DNA of 64,000 nucleotides, taken from an uncultured bacterium. Its GTDB lineage: Bacteria > Patescibacteriota > Saccharimonadia > UBA4664. Below are positions 9,481 to 18,865 of this stretch, in pieces. The notes beneath the pieces are model-generated. The model did not search any database and had not been told where the DNA came from. It was given only the letters and a program-made list of their open reading frames with translations. Position 1 is the stretch's first letter. Each line of letters begins with the position of its first letter. The position numbers and the translations under genes were made by a program. The stretch covers positions 584,704 to 648,703 of the forward strand of contig CAVRET010000002.1 of the NCBI GenBank assembly GCA_963720265.1, read 5' to 3'.

Positions 9481-10921
9481 CGGTGCGAACCTGCTGAAGC
9501 AGGCGGGCACGTACCGCCACCGGCCGGGAGGGTGCGATCATGCACCCACCCGGCCCGGCCGCAAATTACGTTGCAATTATTCATAAACGGAAAACGGGGC
9601 CTCACCAAAAGTGGCGAGGACCCCGAAAGAAAGGGGAGATTGGCCCGAGCATAGCCCAGGTTACTCGGGCCACCCCCGCGACGCGTTACCCGTGGTTCCT
9701 AGGCACCGTCTGGATCCTGTGCACCTCGACTCATCAGAGGCTGCACATGACGGTATTGCCCGTCGGGCGATGATGCGGCCGCGTTTTCAGATTTTGCGCA
9801 CCAGTAGCCAGTACATCAGCGACCGGATCCTAGGTACCTCTTGCACCCCCCGCGTTCGGAGGCTGCCCAAATCGGGCCCCTGGAGGCATCAGGGTTTTTG
9901 GGTGTAAGGGATATTTGGTCGGCGCAGGGCACGACTCCTTCTCCCTTGCGCGCAAGGCCATCTGCAGAATTATCCTGCACAATCAGCCTCACCCAGGCAG
10001 TAATTCCCAGGTCACGAACCCGGCGAACTCTACACTCGCGCGCCAGCTCGAGACTAAGATTATCCTCGAAAGGACCCCGGCAGTATAGGTAAAGCTACCA
10101 TCATTGTCAATAAAATTCCCAACGAAAAAGGGCCTCGCTAATGCGAGAGCCCTGTCTGTTTCTCGAGCGCCTAGGAAGGCTCTCAAGAAAGTGGTGGGGA
10201 GGAGCGAGCATATCTCGGTGCTCACTCCAACCCCCGAACGTGGCGGCTTCACCCTAAGGGTCGTGTATCTCTGCCGTTTCTTGGGCGTATCCCAGGGTTT
10301 CCCCGGGTGATCATCGCCTGGCAGTTTCTTGCCCTTTTGGGTCCCGGCATGCCGCCGTACCTAGTGTCACCGGTGCTCCGGTCCGAGTTCCTCTCTACCT
10401 GGAGGCTGAAGGTTGGAAGAGCCAGCCGTCACGGCCAAGCCAACTCTCCCCGTACACACCACGGCATCTTCGGCATACAAGCCCGAAGAGTCCACAGTGT
10501 TCAAGACCGGTACCCCGAGGGGCTGGCCCGAAGGCCTCCGGAGCCGTGTGTCTAGCACCTGGCAGGCGCTGGACGTTCTCGTCGTCGTGCCCATCGGGCG
10601 TGTATGACCCCGCGAGCCTGGGTCCCGATCTTGCCGCTCCACCCTGGGAGCGACCATTCCCCGGCCTCACCGATCGCTTCAACACTTGGTGCCAAATCTA
10701 TCGCACTTCGTGCAAACGCCTCGGAAATGCCGGTACTGCCGCGCGATATAAACCATTAACAGAACTTTGTCAACTCTTTTTACAAGCTTTCCCCCAACAA
10801 CACTTTTGCTTATTCATTATCCCAATCTCTAGCTCAAGCCAAAAACCATTTGGAGTTTTGCACTTGTCAGATCGCAAATCGAGTGGATACGATAAGATTA
10901 CAATTAAAGGTGAGGTGTCCT

Positions 10922-11506
10922 ATGAGTTCTCGTGCCATAGCAATAACCCGCGCTGTCTCCGTCATTGGCGGTACGACAGCGCTGATCGTCGCTGCAACCT
11001 TTGCAGCTGTGTCATCAAATCCGGTCACGATATCGGGCATTAGCCTGGCATCAAGTGACGTCCAGGCCCTAAATGTCTACGACTTCACTGGAAATAGCTT
11101 CACAGGAGACACCAGCAACCCTGGCAACACTGGTGCCATAAATGCCGACCTGACAACCTCGACACCGGGAACGCAGTACCCGTTCTATCTGCAAAACACA
11201 AGCGGCACAAGTCTTAACATATCGGCCACAGCCAATCCAACCGCTAGTGGAAGCTTAGACCCGAGCAACGTTGAGGTGACGTTCTGGGATGACTCAACCG
11301 GGGCACCCACTCAGCTGGGACAAGGTACGCTCGCAAGCATGCAGGCCGGGACTAGCGTAGCTCTCAATGCGTTGGCCGCTGGCGCCACAGGTAGTAGCAG
11401 TAGCAATGTGGCCGGCAACTACGATGTCAGCTTCAACCTTATCGCTCCCGATTCAAGCTTCGATACGCTGAGTACTGTGCAGTTGATCTTCACGGGTACG
11501 CCGTAA
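10922..11506 (+). CDS. TasA/camelysin-like secreted protein with a SipW-cognate-type signal peptide (paralog 1)
   Basis: The ORF starts at 10850, but a strong SD (AAAGGTGAGGTG) precedes the ATG at 10922. N-terminus MSSRAIAITRAVSVIGGTTALIVAATFAAVSS is followed by a Thr/Ser/Gly-rich beta-type domain. A SipW-type peptidase gene follows immediately. Confidence 0.5.
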   Translation: MSSRAIAITRAVSVIGGTTALIVAATFAAVSSNPVTISGISLASSDVQALNVYDFTGNSFTGDTSNPGNTGAINADLTTSTPGTQYPFYLQNTSGTSLNISATANPTASGSLDPSNVEVTFWDDSTGAPTQLGQGTLASMQAGTSVALNALAAGATGSSSSNVAGNYDVSFNLIAPDSSFDTLSTVQLIFTGTP

Positions 11507-11556
11507 GTTAGAATAAAGTCCAGGCTCTAGTTCATAGTTCGTAAAGGATTCCCGGC

Positions 11557-12672
11557 ATGAAATTACTTTGGCGCATCGCTAAATTTGCTCTGGTCACTAT
11601 CTACGCTCTGTGCGGGCTCGCACTGTTGCTGTTCTTGGTGCCGGCTACCGGCTTTGAAGCCAAAGAGATCGCCACCGGCAGCATGCGCCCGGCCATTCCA
11701 CCGGGATCCTTAGTCATTATTCACAAGACTCCGCTTAATCAACTCAAGGTCGGCAACGTCGTAACGTACACTAAGTCGGTCAATCCGCCGGTAACGATTA
11801 CGCACCGGATTGTGAAAACGGAAACGAAAAGCGGCGCGCCCTACTTCATCGTTAAAGGCGACGCCAACCCGGCGCCGGATCCGGCTGTGCCCGGCGGGCT
11901 GATTGTGGGCAAGGTCATCTTCCACGCGCCGTATATTGGCCGCGTGGCGATCGATATGCGCAACCCGGTGGTGATCGTGATCATTGTGATCATTCCCGGG
12001 CTGCTGATAATCGCGGATGAAATAATCCGGCTGCGCAAGGCCTTTGGCAGACCCGCGGCGCAAAAGAGCGAACCGACCGAACCGCCCGCACCACCAGCTA
12101 CAAAGGCGAAGGAGGCGGAAGTTGCGGTTAGCGCGGTGAAGAAACCGGTGGCTGTGCCCGCCCGCCGCCGGACAATGGACGGCATGAAGCCCAGACAGCT
12201 GGTGGTTACGCTGGCGGCTTTGTCCATGGTCGCGTTTGGCGTCAAGACAACCTACGCCGAAATTGCCTCAAATGCCGTGACCATTAGTGATATTAAGCTC
12301 TCGACTGGCGGCGGTTCCGGCAGCGGCAGTGGCGGCTCGCCCAGCCCGTCACCCAGCCCCACGACGCCGGCCTGCCCTAGCGGCGACATTTTGATCCAGG
12401 ACACCGGCGCCGGCTCGATCAACATTATTGATTGTAAGAACAAAAAGACCGGCAAGGTCGTGACGATCATTATTAACAACATCGATAACTCAAATAGCCA
12501 GTCGTCGAGCTCCGGCAATGTGAACAGCAGCGGCAACACGAACAGCGGCAATACCGGCAGCGGCAACTCGAGCAACTCCAACTCAACCACAACGACCGTT
12601 AACAATAACAAGCCTTCACCGTCGGCCAGCCCGTCGCCGACGCCGAGCGCGAGTCCGACGCCTCATTCATAA
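11557..12672 (+). CDS. sipW: signal peptidase I, SipW/archaeal type (S26B), with a C-terminal TM, PS linker and Cys-motif extension
   Basis: TGSMRPAIPPGSLVII (Ser box), VVTYTKS, ITHRIV (His box) and FIVKGDANPAPD. C-terminal extension SPSPSPSPTTPACPSGDILIQDTGAGSINIIDCKNKK plus an S/N/T-rich tail. Confidence 0.7.
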   Translation: MKLLWRIAKFALVTIYALCGLALLLFLVPATGFEAKEIATGSMRPAIPPGSLVIIHKTPLNQLKVGNVVTYTKSVNPPVTITHRIVKTETKSGAPYFIVKGDANPAPDPAVPGGLIVGKVIFHAPYIGRVAIDMRNPVVIVIIVIIPGLLIIADEIIRLRKAFGRPAAQKSEPTEPPAPPATKAKEAEVAVSAVKKPVAVPARRRTMDGMKPRQLVVTLAALSMVAFGVKTTYAEIASNAVTISDIKLSTGGGSGSGSGGSPSPSPSPTTPACPSGDILIQDTGAGSINIIDCKNKKTGKVVTIIINNIDNSNSQSSSSGNVNSSGNTNSGNTGSGNSSNSNSTTTTVNNNKPSPSASPSPTPSASPTPHS

Positions 12673-12693
12673 CTATAAGTTCGATGGTCGGCC

Positions 12694-12725
12694 CGGCCGT
12701 CGCTCACGTGCAGGAGCGACGGCCG
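12694..12725. terminator. bidirectional GC hairpin (12-bp perfect stem CGGCCGTCGCTC / GAGCGACGGCCG, 8-nt loop) between convergent genes
   Basis: Perfect inverted repeat read from the sequence; lies between the sipW stop (12672) and the minus-strand gene stop (12734). Confidence 0.45.
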
Positions 12726-12733
12726 AGATCGGC

Positions 12734-13483
12734 TTACGAAAAGATGCGCAGCTCCATCGCGAGCCGCGCGAAGGCGGCTTCCGGCGGCAGTTTTTGGCTA
12801 AACCGAGTACTGCCTAGATGGTGTCCCAGAGCGCCGGCGTAGAACAGCCACGGGTGCGCTACCATCTGAGCAGCCTCGCTAGCATCGTCCCAGGCTCGTT
12901 CTCTGAGCCTGCGCCGCGTGTGGTTGAGACTCAGACCAATGGCGTAGTGCAGCAACACCGCCGCCCGTAGCAACGTGTCGTCGCCCGCCTCCAGTAGGTC
13001 TCGGGCGATCTTAAAGTGCGCGAGCGCATCCTTGAACCGCCGGAGCGAAATCATCAGGCGACCGCGGAACAACGCCACTAGGCACCTGAGCGTCGTGTCT
13101 TCGTCGCCGGCCACCTCTGCGGCCCCGACGAGGCCGTGGTGTGCGTCTTCCAGCTGGTGCATAAGGCGGAAGACATCGGCCTGTAGCACCATGATGAGCA
13201 CTAGCCACGATGCACGGCCCGGGGCATCCGGCTCCATGGCACAAGCATGCCAGCGAGCCTGCTCCAAGTGGGCAAAACTCTTCTTCCACCCCTGAGCGTC
13301 GTCCATGTCTATGACTGCCAGGCCGAGGTGGGCCAGCAGCTGTGGGACGCCGGGGTATTCGCCTGCAAGTATCTCTCTGGCAAGCGGACCGATGAAATAT
13401 TGGACGAAGCCTTCGCGCAGCTCGCGGTGAAGCTTCGCTTCCAGAATGCCGGGATCGGGGTGAGGTTCACTAGCGTCGGTCAT
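12734..13483 (-). CDS. hypothetical alpha-helical protein
   Basis: 249-aa ORF, GC-rich. Confidence 0.4.
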   Translation of the reverse strand: MTDASEPHPDPGILEAKLHRELREGFVQYFIGPLAREILAGEYPGVPQLLAHLGLAVIDMDDAQGWKKSFAHLEQARWHACAMEPDAPGRASWLVLIMVLQADVFRLMHQLEDAHHGLVGAAEVAGDEDTTLRCLVALFRGRLMISLRRFKDALAHFKIARDLLEAGDDTLLRAAVLLHYAIGLSLNHTRRRLRERAWDDASEAAQMVAHPWLFYAGALGHHLGSTRFSQKLPPEAAFARLAMELRIFS

Positions 13484-13737
13484 GTCAAGCTCCCCTTTCT
13501 GGGGCTTTTGCGTACCATAAACGCTCGAGCCATCATTCTAGCTGTCAGGCTCGGGCAGCGCAATTGCTGATCGCGCAAGCTGCGCACGACGAAAGTCCGC
13601 GGGACTACTGGCGGACCAAGCCGCTGTGGCTGCGATGCCTCATGGTGACGGCCGTAGTGCTACTCGTGCTGCTGCACCGTTAATGAAGCCCCTTGCAGGT
13701 CGCGAGGGGCTTCATTACGCCTAATTGATGGGCTGCA

Positions 13738-14607
13738 TCAGTCCTCAACGTCTTCCTCCTCATTGATGTCATCATCTTCGGGCGCTATGACCTTCTCCCA
13801 AATCTTTCCCGTCATTTCATGTGCCTTGAGTCTCTCGGCCGTCGTAAACCACATTGCGATGTCCTCGCCCCACTTATCTTCAAGCAGTCGTTTGGTAGCT
13901 CGCTTGCAGTAGATCAAATCGGTGAGGGTTGGGCAGATGAACAGGGCGATTGGGTTTGGCTCCTCCTCTCCCGTCTCATCTTGCCAATATCCGTCTTCCA
14001 GGTACTCAATGTAGTTCTTGAGCCGCTTCCTCACTCTTTGGCGGGGCATGGTGGCTTCGATGATTTCGATGAAGCGCGTGGTGTCCGTGAAGTCGTCGTC
14101 GGTCTCAACCGTCCTTTCGAACACCAGCTGCGGGCGGATCAAGTCAGACTCACTCAGGAAATGATAATCGCTCTCTAGGTCGAAGTAGTCGGCTTGGGTG
14201 GTGTATAGATAGTGAACGCGGCTGGTGGTGGCATTTGCTAAGTTACTGTTGTGCATGGTGATGCAACAGTCGGCTACAAGCACACACTGCTCAACGAAGC
14301 CCGGGCTGCGGGACGACTCCCGGTAGCGCTTGCGAAACTCCTCGATCGGGTGACCCTGATTCTCCTTGAGCCATCGGATGCCGTTTAAGCCGAGATAGTA
14401 GATCGCTGGCTTAGATTTTTCTAGAAAGTTAGTTGAGTAAATCCATTCGACGTAATGGTTAGCTCGAAGGTCCGCGAGCCACGCATTAATCCGCTTGTAA
14501 TCTTTATGACCCATAAGCGTTTGTATTTGGATACGATTTAAGAATCTGTATTTGTACAGCAGTTTGAGTATAGTTTGTTGTCTTGGAGTTAGTTGCGGCA
14601 GTTTCAT
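13738..14607 (-). CDS. replication-relaxation family protein (plasmid/ICE-type)
   Basis: N-terminus LTPRQQTILKLLYKYRFLNRIQIQTLM matches the replication-relaxation (PF13814-like) wHTH signature; acidic C-terminus; local GC clearly lower than the flanks. Confidence 0.55.
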   Translation of the reverse strand: MKLPQLTPRQQTILKLLYKYRFLNRIQIQTLMGHKDYKRINAWLADLRANHYVEWIYSTNFLEKSKPAIYYLGLNGIRWLKENQGHPIEEFRKRYRESSRSPGFVEQCVLVADCCITMHNSNLANATTSRVHYLYTTQADYFDLESDYHFLSESDLIRPQLVFERTVETDDDFTDTTRFIEIIEATMPRQRVRKRLKNYIEYLEDGYWQDETGEEEPNPIALFICPTLTDLIYCKRATKRLLEDKWGEDIAMWFTTAERLKAHEMTGKIWEKVIAPEDDDINEEEDVED

Positions 14608-14976
14608 TTGATGAGATAGTTAGTGGATATTATAGGTAGCGATTAGTTCTGACGTTTTTTTGTTTGTCTTGTTTTGAGTGATGATATTTTGCCAACCCCA
14701 CCTACCCGTTATTTATATGGTAGGTGCCACGCTTATTCAAATATTACTGCGTATAAAACCCTCTTTATTGTCCTAACCCACTAGGACAAAGGTTACAAAA
14801 AGAAAATGCCCTTATATCGGCGCAGGGGCAACCGCATTGCAGGGCGTTAAGCCTTATTGATGAGCGATTTGTATCAGGCCGTACGGACGGCGGGCTCCCT
14901 GCTCATTTACAGATGCTGTAATTTATGTAAAAGTATTGCGGTATCGAACAAGTTGACAGTGAGAAGGTGATGCAAC
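14608..14976. promoter_or_regulatory. AT-rich divergent intergenic region between the replication-relaxation gene (-) and a membrane protein gene (+)
   Basis: AT-rich tracts (ttttttgtttgtcttgttttgag; tatttatatggtagg). Confidence 0.3.
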
Positions 14977-16095
14977 GTGGCCGCAGATCAGCGGTTTACG
15001 CTAGTGCTTCCGCCAGCGACCCAAGAGCCGGACCTCGCAACCGAGATCGGGGATACCGTCGGCTACATTCCGACGCGCGTGGCTGATTGGTACAAGGCCA
15101 AGACCGAACGAGACGTTAGCGCCCGGCTCCGGCAGCGGACGACGCAGTGTTTCCGCCTCCGGGGCTTCGGGATAGCGTTGACTCCGCTCGGCTTGGTCCT
15201 GATTGTGGATCATTGGCGCGCGCTGGGCATCGTGCTGTACGTCGTGGGCGTCGCAGTCTGGGCGGCTACCATGGAAAAATGCGACGCCATGCACGCGCAG
15301 CTGGACCGGCTGTGTTTGACCGCCACCTGGCACACGGAACGGTTGCTCGGCGATCTTAAAGGCGACCACAACCTGTCCAGGTACGCGATTGGTCTAGCCC
15401 ATCTCGTCCGGCAGCAGCTGGGTCCAACCGCCTGGCTGTACGTCGAGCGGCTTGTAGCCCATGACGGCGACGCTACGAATGATACCGTGGCGCTCTATGT
15501 CCTGCGCAGCGGTCAGCAGTGCTATCTACAGTTCTGGGCCGGCGATGAGCCGGTGTACCTGCCGCGCTGCGGGGCCGACCAGGTAGCGCGGCGCACCGCC
15601 CTTGGACAGGCCTTGCTGGTCGGTGGTGTCCAGGTACGCGAATCCGCTCCGTTGCAGGCGTTCCAGGAGCGGATCAAAGAACTCGCAAGCCGCCAGCAGT
15701 TCGTGGAGCTCATGATCGCCCTCCTCGGCCTCACCGCCGGGTTGGCATGCATCGGAGTGGCCACCCTGCAGCTTTACCTCAAGGCGGCAACCCGGGCGGA
15801 GGCCATAGAGGCGTTGGCCATTCCGGCGCTTATCGGCCTCATCATCGTCGCGATATATTATATCCGCTACCGACGGGGGCCGCGCTGGCGCACGGTGTCC
15901 ATGCCGCCGAACAACACCGTTCCGACCGACCAACTGGAGGTACTGGAAAAAGTCCAGGCCGCCCTGCCACCGGACGCCACCTTGGCCACGGAAGTACTCA
16001 GGGTGCCGCTCATCGGTACGGTGATCTGCTGCCAGGTTGAACGCGACGATGTCGTGGTCGGCGTGGCATCCTGGATCAACAAACGAACGCTGTGA
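14977..16095 (+). CDS. hypothetical membrane protein (2+2 TM helices)
   Basis: 372-aa ORF; hydrophobic segments LGLVLIVDHWRALGIVLYVVGVAVWAA and LGLTAGLACIGVATL...ALIGLIIVAIYYI. Confidence 0.4.
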   Translation: MAADQRFTLVLPPATQEPDLATEIGDTVGYIPTRVADWYKAKTERDVSARLRQRTTQCFRLRGFGIALTPLGLVLIVDHWRALGIVLYVVGVAVWAATMEKCDAMHAQLDRLCLTATWHTERLLGDLKGDHNLSRYAIGLAHLVRQQLGPTAWLYVERLVAHDGDATNDTVALYVLRSGQQCYLQFWAGDEPVYLPRCGADQVARRTALGQALLVGGVQVRESAPLQAFQERIKELASRQQFVELMIALLGLTAGLACIGVATLQLYLKAATRAEAIEALAIPALIGLIIVAIYYIRYRRGPRWRTVSMPPNNTVPTDQLEVLEKVQAALPPDATLATEVLRVPLIGTVICCQVERDDVVVGVASWINKRTL

Positions 16096-16123
16096 CAGCG
16101 CCAAGTCCGCTGACCGCAACCGC

Positions 16124-16163
16124 AAGGAGTCAACCGTCCGCGGTCGCGGTCGGCGGACTCCTT
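16124..16163 (+). terminator. inverted repeat AAGGAGTC...GACTCCTT followed by a T-rich stretch, between convergent genes
   Basis: 8-bp perfect arms separated by a GC-rich 24 nt, then ttgtttat. Confidence 0.35.
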
Positions 16164-16188
16164 GTTTATGGCCCAGGTCCCACTCGTC

Positions 16189-18711
16189 TTATGGGAACTG
16201 GCTAAGCAGCAATGCCGAAGTGCTCGTGGCGGCACCGCTGGGAGTTACCTCCATATCAACCCAGTACGTTTGTCCAAGTCCTTTAACATAAATATCCGGA
16301 TAAGCGTTGGGCGGGCCAACGGCAAATACCGCTTGTCCCTGCGTTGATCCACCTTGGTCAAAATTCGCCGGAGCTCCGGACCCGGTATATGGTGAAGTCG
16401 AGCTGGCTGCATAGATACCGGGCACGTGCATCACACCGTTGCGGATGCCGTCGAACGTCGGGCCGGCATTTTGGATGGCGCTTCCCGGGAACTGGTAGGC
16501 CGCGCCGATGTTGAAGTAGTAGAGTTGCTTGGCCGACCAGGCATCGGGAACGGCCGCGCTGTTGTAGACCGACACCCGGTAACGTCCGGCCGGCAGGGTT
16601 ACGCCTGTTAGTGCGCACGATACCCACCCCGAGCCGGCGATACCGCTCCAAGTCGGGCTGGTGTTACTGGCTACTATCGCCTGAGTGTCCTCGTCCCACA
16701 CGTCGCAGCGTGTGGCTAGCTGGGCGGTCCCGGACGGGCTGTAATACCAGATATTATTTACAGCACAGCTTTGGTTGAGCCGCATCTCCGTGCCAACGAC
16801 GTAGTCGACTGCCGAATCCCCGGTGGTGAATTGGTCGCCGTAAAACTTGTTTGGCCACGCGCGGTAGCTGCCGGTATAACCGTTTGGTGTGGTGGTGGTA
16901 ACCTGGATATCGATCCAGAAATTGGCAGAGTTGGATACACCCAAGGGGCACGTCGCAGACGGGTCAGTGCCGCCGACGGTAAATAGTCCTTGGCCGATAT
17001 TGCCACCGCCGTTGTATTGCGATGATCCGTATGACGAGTTGCCATCGGCAAAGGCCAGGATCGGGCCATTTTGGATGCCGTTAGGATGACCGCCTGCACC
17101 AAACGAGTCAACCGCGCCGGTCCCCGCACCGGACGTGTCTGAATCCGGAAAAGCGCCGTTAATGCCGGTCGCGGCAATGTAACGAGTAATTTCCGACAGC
17201 AAAATCGGCATTGGCAGCGCAACGTAATTCCACCCGGTCGACAGCGCGCCCGAGGTCACAACCGAGCCGGGCACCAGTGTTGTATCAGTAAAGTTAAGGG
17301 GGTTGATTTGCCAGAGGGCGAATTTCTGCGGCGCAGTCAAGCCGCCGGTCGGGCAGACCCAGTGCCAATAGCCCTCAAACCAACAATTGCCCTGGAGCGT
17401 CATAAAACCAACACCGGAGATAAAGTTGCCCGAGTACGACACAGGTGTCGTCGGCCCGTTCCCGGGCCGCCCGTCTTGGCCGTCCATGAAGCGGTAATTC
17501 GCCGCCGGCTCCGGCACCACCTCGACGTCGATCCAGTACAGCGCGTAGGTAAGGGTGGCATTGTCCGGATAGGCCCAGGTATTGGAGTTGTATGACATCT
17601 GCCCCGGGGAAGCTGCGCCATAGCCGGGTATGGTCAGAATGTCTTGCGTGAAACCGGAGCCATACATCTGTCCGGTGTTAAACATATTGTCCGAATACGC
17701 CCACCAGATTGAACCGCCGGCATTAAACGTGGCAACTTTATAATCACCGGCCGCGAGCGTGATAGCGGCGCTCCGGTAATCGCACTTAATCCACCCATTG
17801 CCGGCCGTTGCCGCACTACCGTCCACGTTCACCCAGGTTGGTGAGCTGTTGTCCGTCCCGGCTACAACCGTCTGACTGCCAACGTCCCAGACCGCACACC
17901 GCGTCGGCAGCACGGTCGCCCCCGACGGCGAGTAGTGCCAGATGGACGCCAGCTGGGCTGACTGGCTCAGCGAAAATTCCATCCCAAGTGTAAAGCCGCC
18001 GCTGCTGGTGTCCGTCTGAATCGGAGTCGGCACCGTCGGCCAGGCCCGCTCCGGCGTGCCCGGCGGAACCGCATCTGTCACCTGCACATCGAGCCATAAA
18101 AGGTCGTCTGCATCGTTATTATCGGGTTGGTGCACCGAAGCATCGGCGCCGTTGGTATTAAACGGCTGTTGGGGCCAAAACGTGCTCGCGCTGCTGCCGC
18201 TGGGGTAGGCCATAAGCGGCCCATTAGTGATGCCGTTGACGTATGGATCGCCCGACCCGAACTGATTTTTCGTGTCAGGAAAACCAATCGTGGTGCTGTA
18301 GCCTATCGCAGCCACGTATGGAACATTTGGGGTAAGCGGTATGGGGTTACAGGGAACAAAATTCCACGCCCCGGCTGTGAACGCGCCAGTCCACAGCACC
18401 TCAGACGCCGGAATAACGGTAGCGTCGGGGTAATCGTAAGCCTGCCACAAGGCAAAACCAATGTTCGTGTTGGTGTCGCCGCCGGTTGGCACCCACCACC
18501 AGTAGCCGTTGAAATAGAGACCGCCAGCAGTCACATTAAAAACCAGCCCGGCTACATAATTGCCGCTGTACGCCGTTGGTGAACCCGGCGGCTGGGTGCC
18601 TGAGGATCCAACCCCCGGGCGGCCGCTTTGGCCGTCCATTAAGCGGTATGTACTCACGATCTGTACTTCATACTGCAAACAATTATAGTGAGACCAGGCT
18701 ACTAACCACAA
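16189..18711 (-). CDS. large repeat protein with four DUF4082-like domains arranged (A-B)x2; no N-terminal signal peptide in the longest frame
   Basis: 840 aa. Repeats begin YRLMDGQSGRPG / YRFMDGQDGRPG (A) and GMEFSLSQ...IWHYSPSG...RCAVWD / GTEMRLNQ...IWYYSPSG...RCDVWD (B). Each ends in LLWLDVQV / LYWIDVEV / NFWIDIQV / TYWVDMEV, like the NYWVDVVF ending of DUF4082. The ORF-track start is a non-ATG (TTG) codon; the first ATG is at 18639. Confidence 0.55.
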   Translation of the reverse strand: MWLVAWSHYNCLQYEVQIVSTYRLMDGQSGRPGVGSSGTQPPGSPTAYSGNYVAGLVFNVTAGGLYFNGYWWWVPTGGDTNTNIGFALWQAYDYPDATVIPASEVLWTGAFTAGAWNFVPCNPIPLTPNVPYVAAIGYSTTIGFPDTKNQFGSGDPYVNGITNGPLMAYPSGSSASTFWPQQPFNTNGADASVHQPDNNDADDLLWLDVQVTDAVPPGTPERAWPTVPTPIQTDTSSGGFTLGMEFSLSQSAQLASIWHYSPSGATVLPTRCAVWDVGSQTVVAGTDNSSPTWVNVDGSAATAGNGWIKCDYRSAAITLAAGDYKVATFNAGGSIWWAYSDNMFNTGQMYGSGFTQDILTIPGYGAASPGQMSYNSNTWAYPDNATLTYALYWIDVEVVPEPAANYRFMDGQDGRPGNGPTTPVSYSGNFISGVGFMTLQGNCWFEGYWHWVCPTGGLTAPQKFALWQINPLNFTDTTLVPGSVVTSGALSTGWNYVALPMPILLSEITRYIAATGINGAFPDSDTSGAGTGAVDSFGAGGHPNGIQNGPILAFADGNSSYGSSQYNGGGNIGQGLFTVGGTDPSATCPLGVSNSANFWIDIQVTTTTPNGYTGSYRAWPNKFYGDQFTTGDSAVDYVVGTEMRLNQSCAVNNIWYYSPSGTAQLATRCDVWDEDTQAIVASNTSPTWSGIAGSGWVSCALTGVTLPAGRYRVSVYNSAAVPDAWSAKQLYYFNIGAAYQFPGSAIQNAGPTFDGIRNGVMHVPGIYAASSTSPYTGSGAPANFDQGGSTQGQAVFAVGPPNAYPDIYVKGLGQTYWVDMEVTPSGAATSTSALLLSQFP

Positions 18712-18844
18712 CCATCATCCGAATTGGCGGTCCGCACAACGTACGAAACCATAAGAATTAACAATAAAATGGGGTTATAGTATAAGTATTATTGTAAGAA
18801 CATACATACCAGGTATGCTCTCAGAAAAACTATGATGCAATCTG

Positions 18845-18865
18845 CTAGATAGAAAATCTAGATAG
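18845..18865. promoter_or_regulatory. direct repeat CTAGATAG x2 (13-bp spacing) in the AT-rich leader upstream of the second TasA-like gene
   Basis: ctagatagaaaatctagatag read from the sequence, about 30 nt upstream of SD AGAGGTGAGG. Confidence 0.3.

Noticed and set aside
9481-10849. Candidate RNase P RNA, tmRNA or SRP RNA in the ORF-poor stretch.
   Set aside because: I could not find the universally conserved RNase P strings (GGAAAGTCCGGGCTCC, ACAGAACCCGGCTTA), a tmRNA tRNA-like 3' end, or the SRP GGAA tetraloop motifs on either strand by eye. It is kept only as an unexplained region, not called as an ncRNA.
16358-18582. Multiple 60-154-aa ORFs on both strands inside the 16189..18711 gene.
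   Set aside because: They are nested within or antisense to a long ORF with strong internal repeat structure, and have the Arg/Pro/Gly bias of spurious GC-rich frames.
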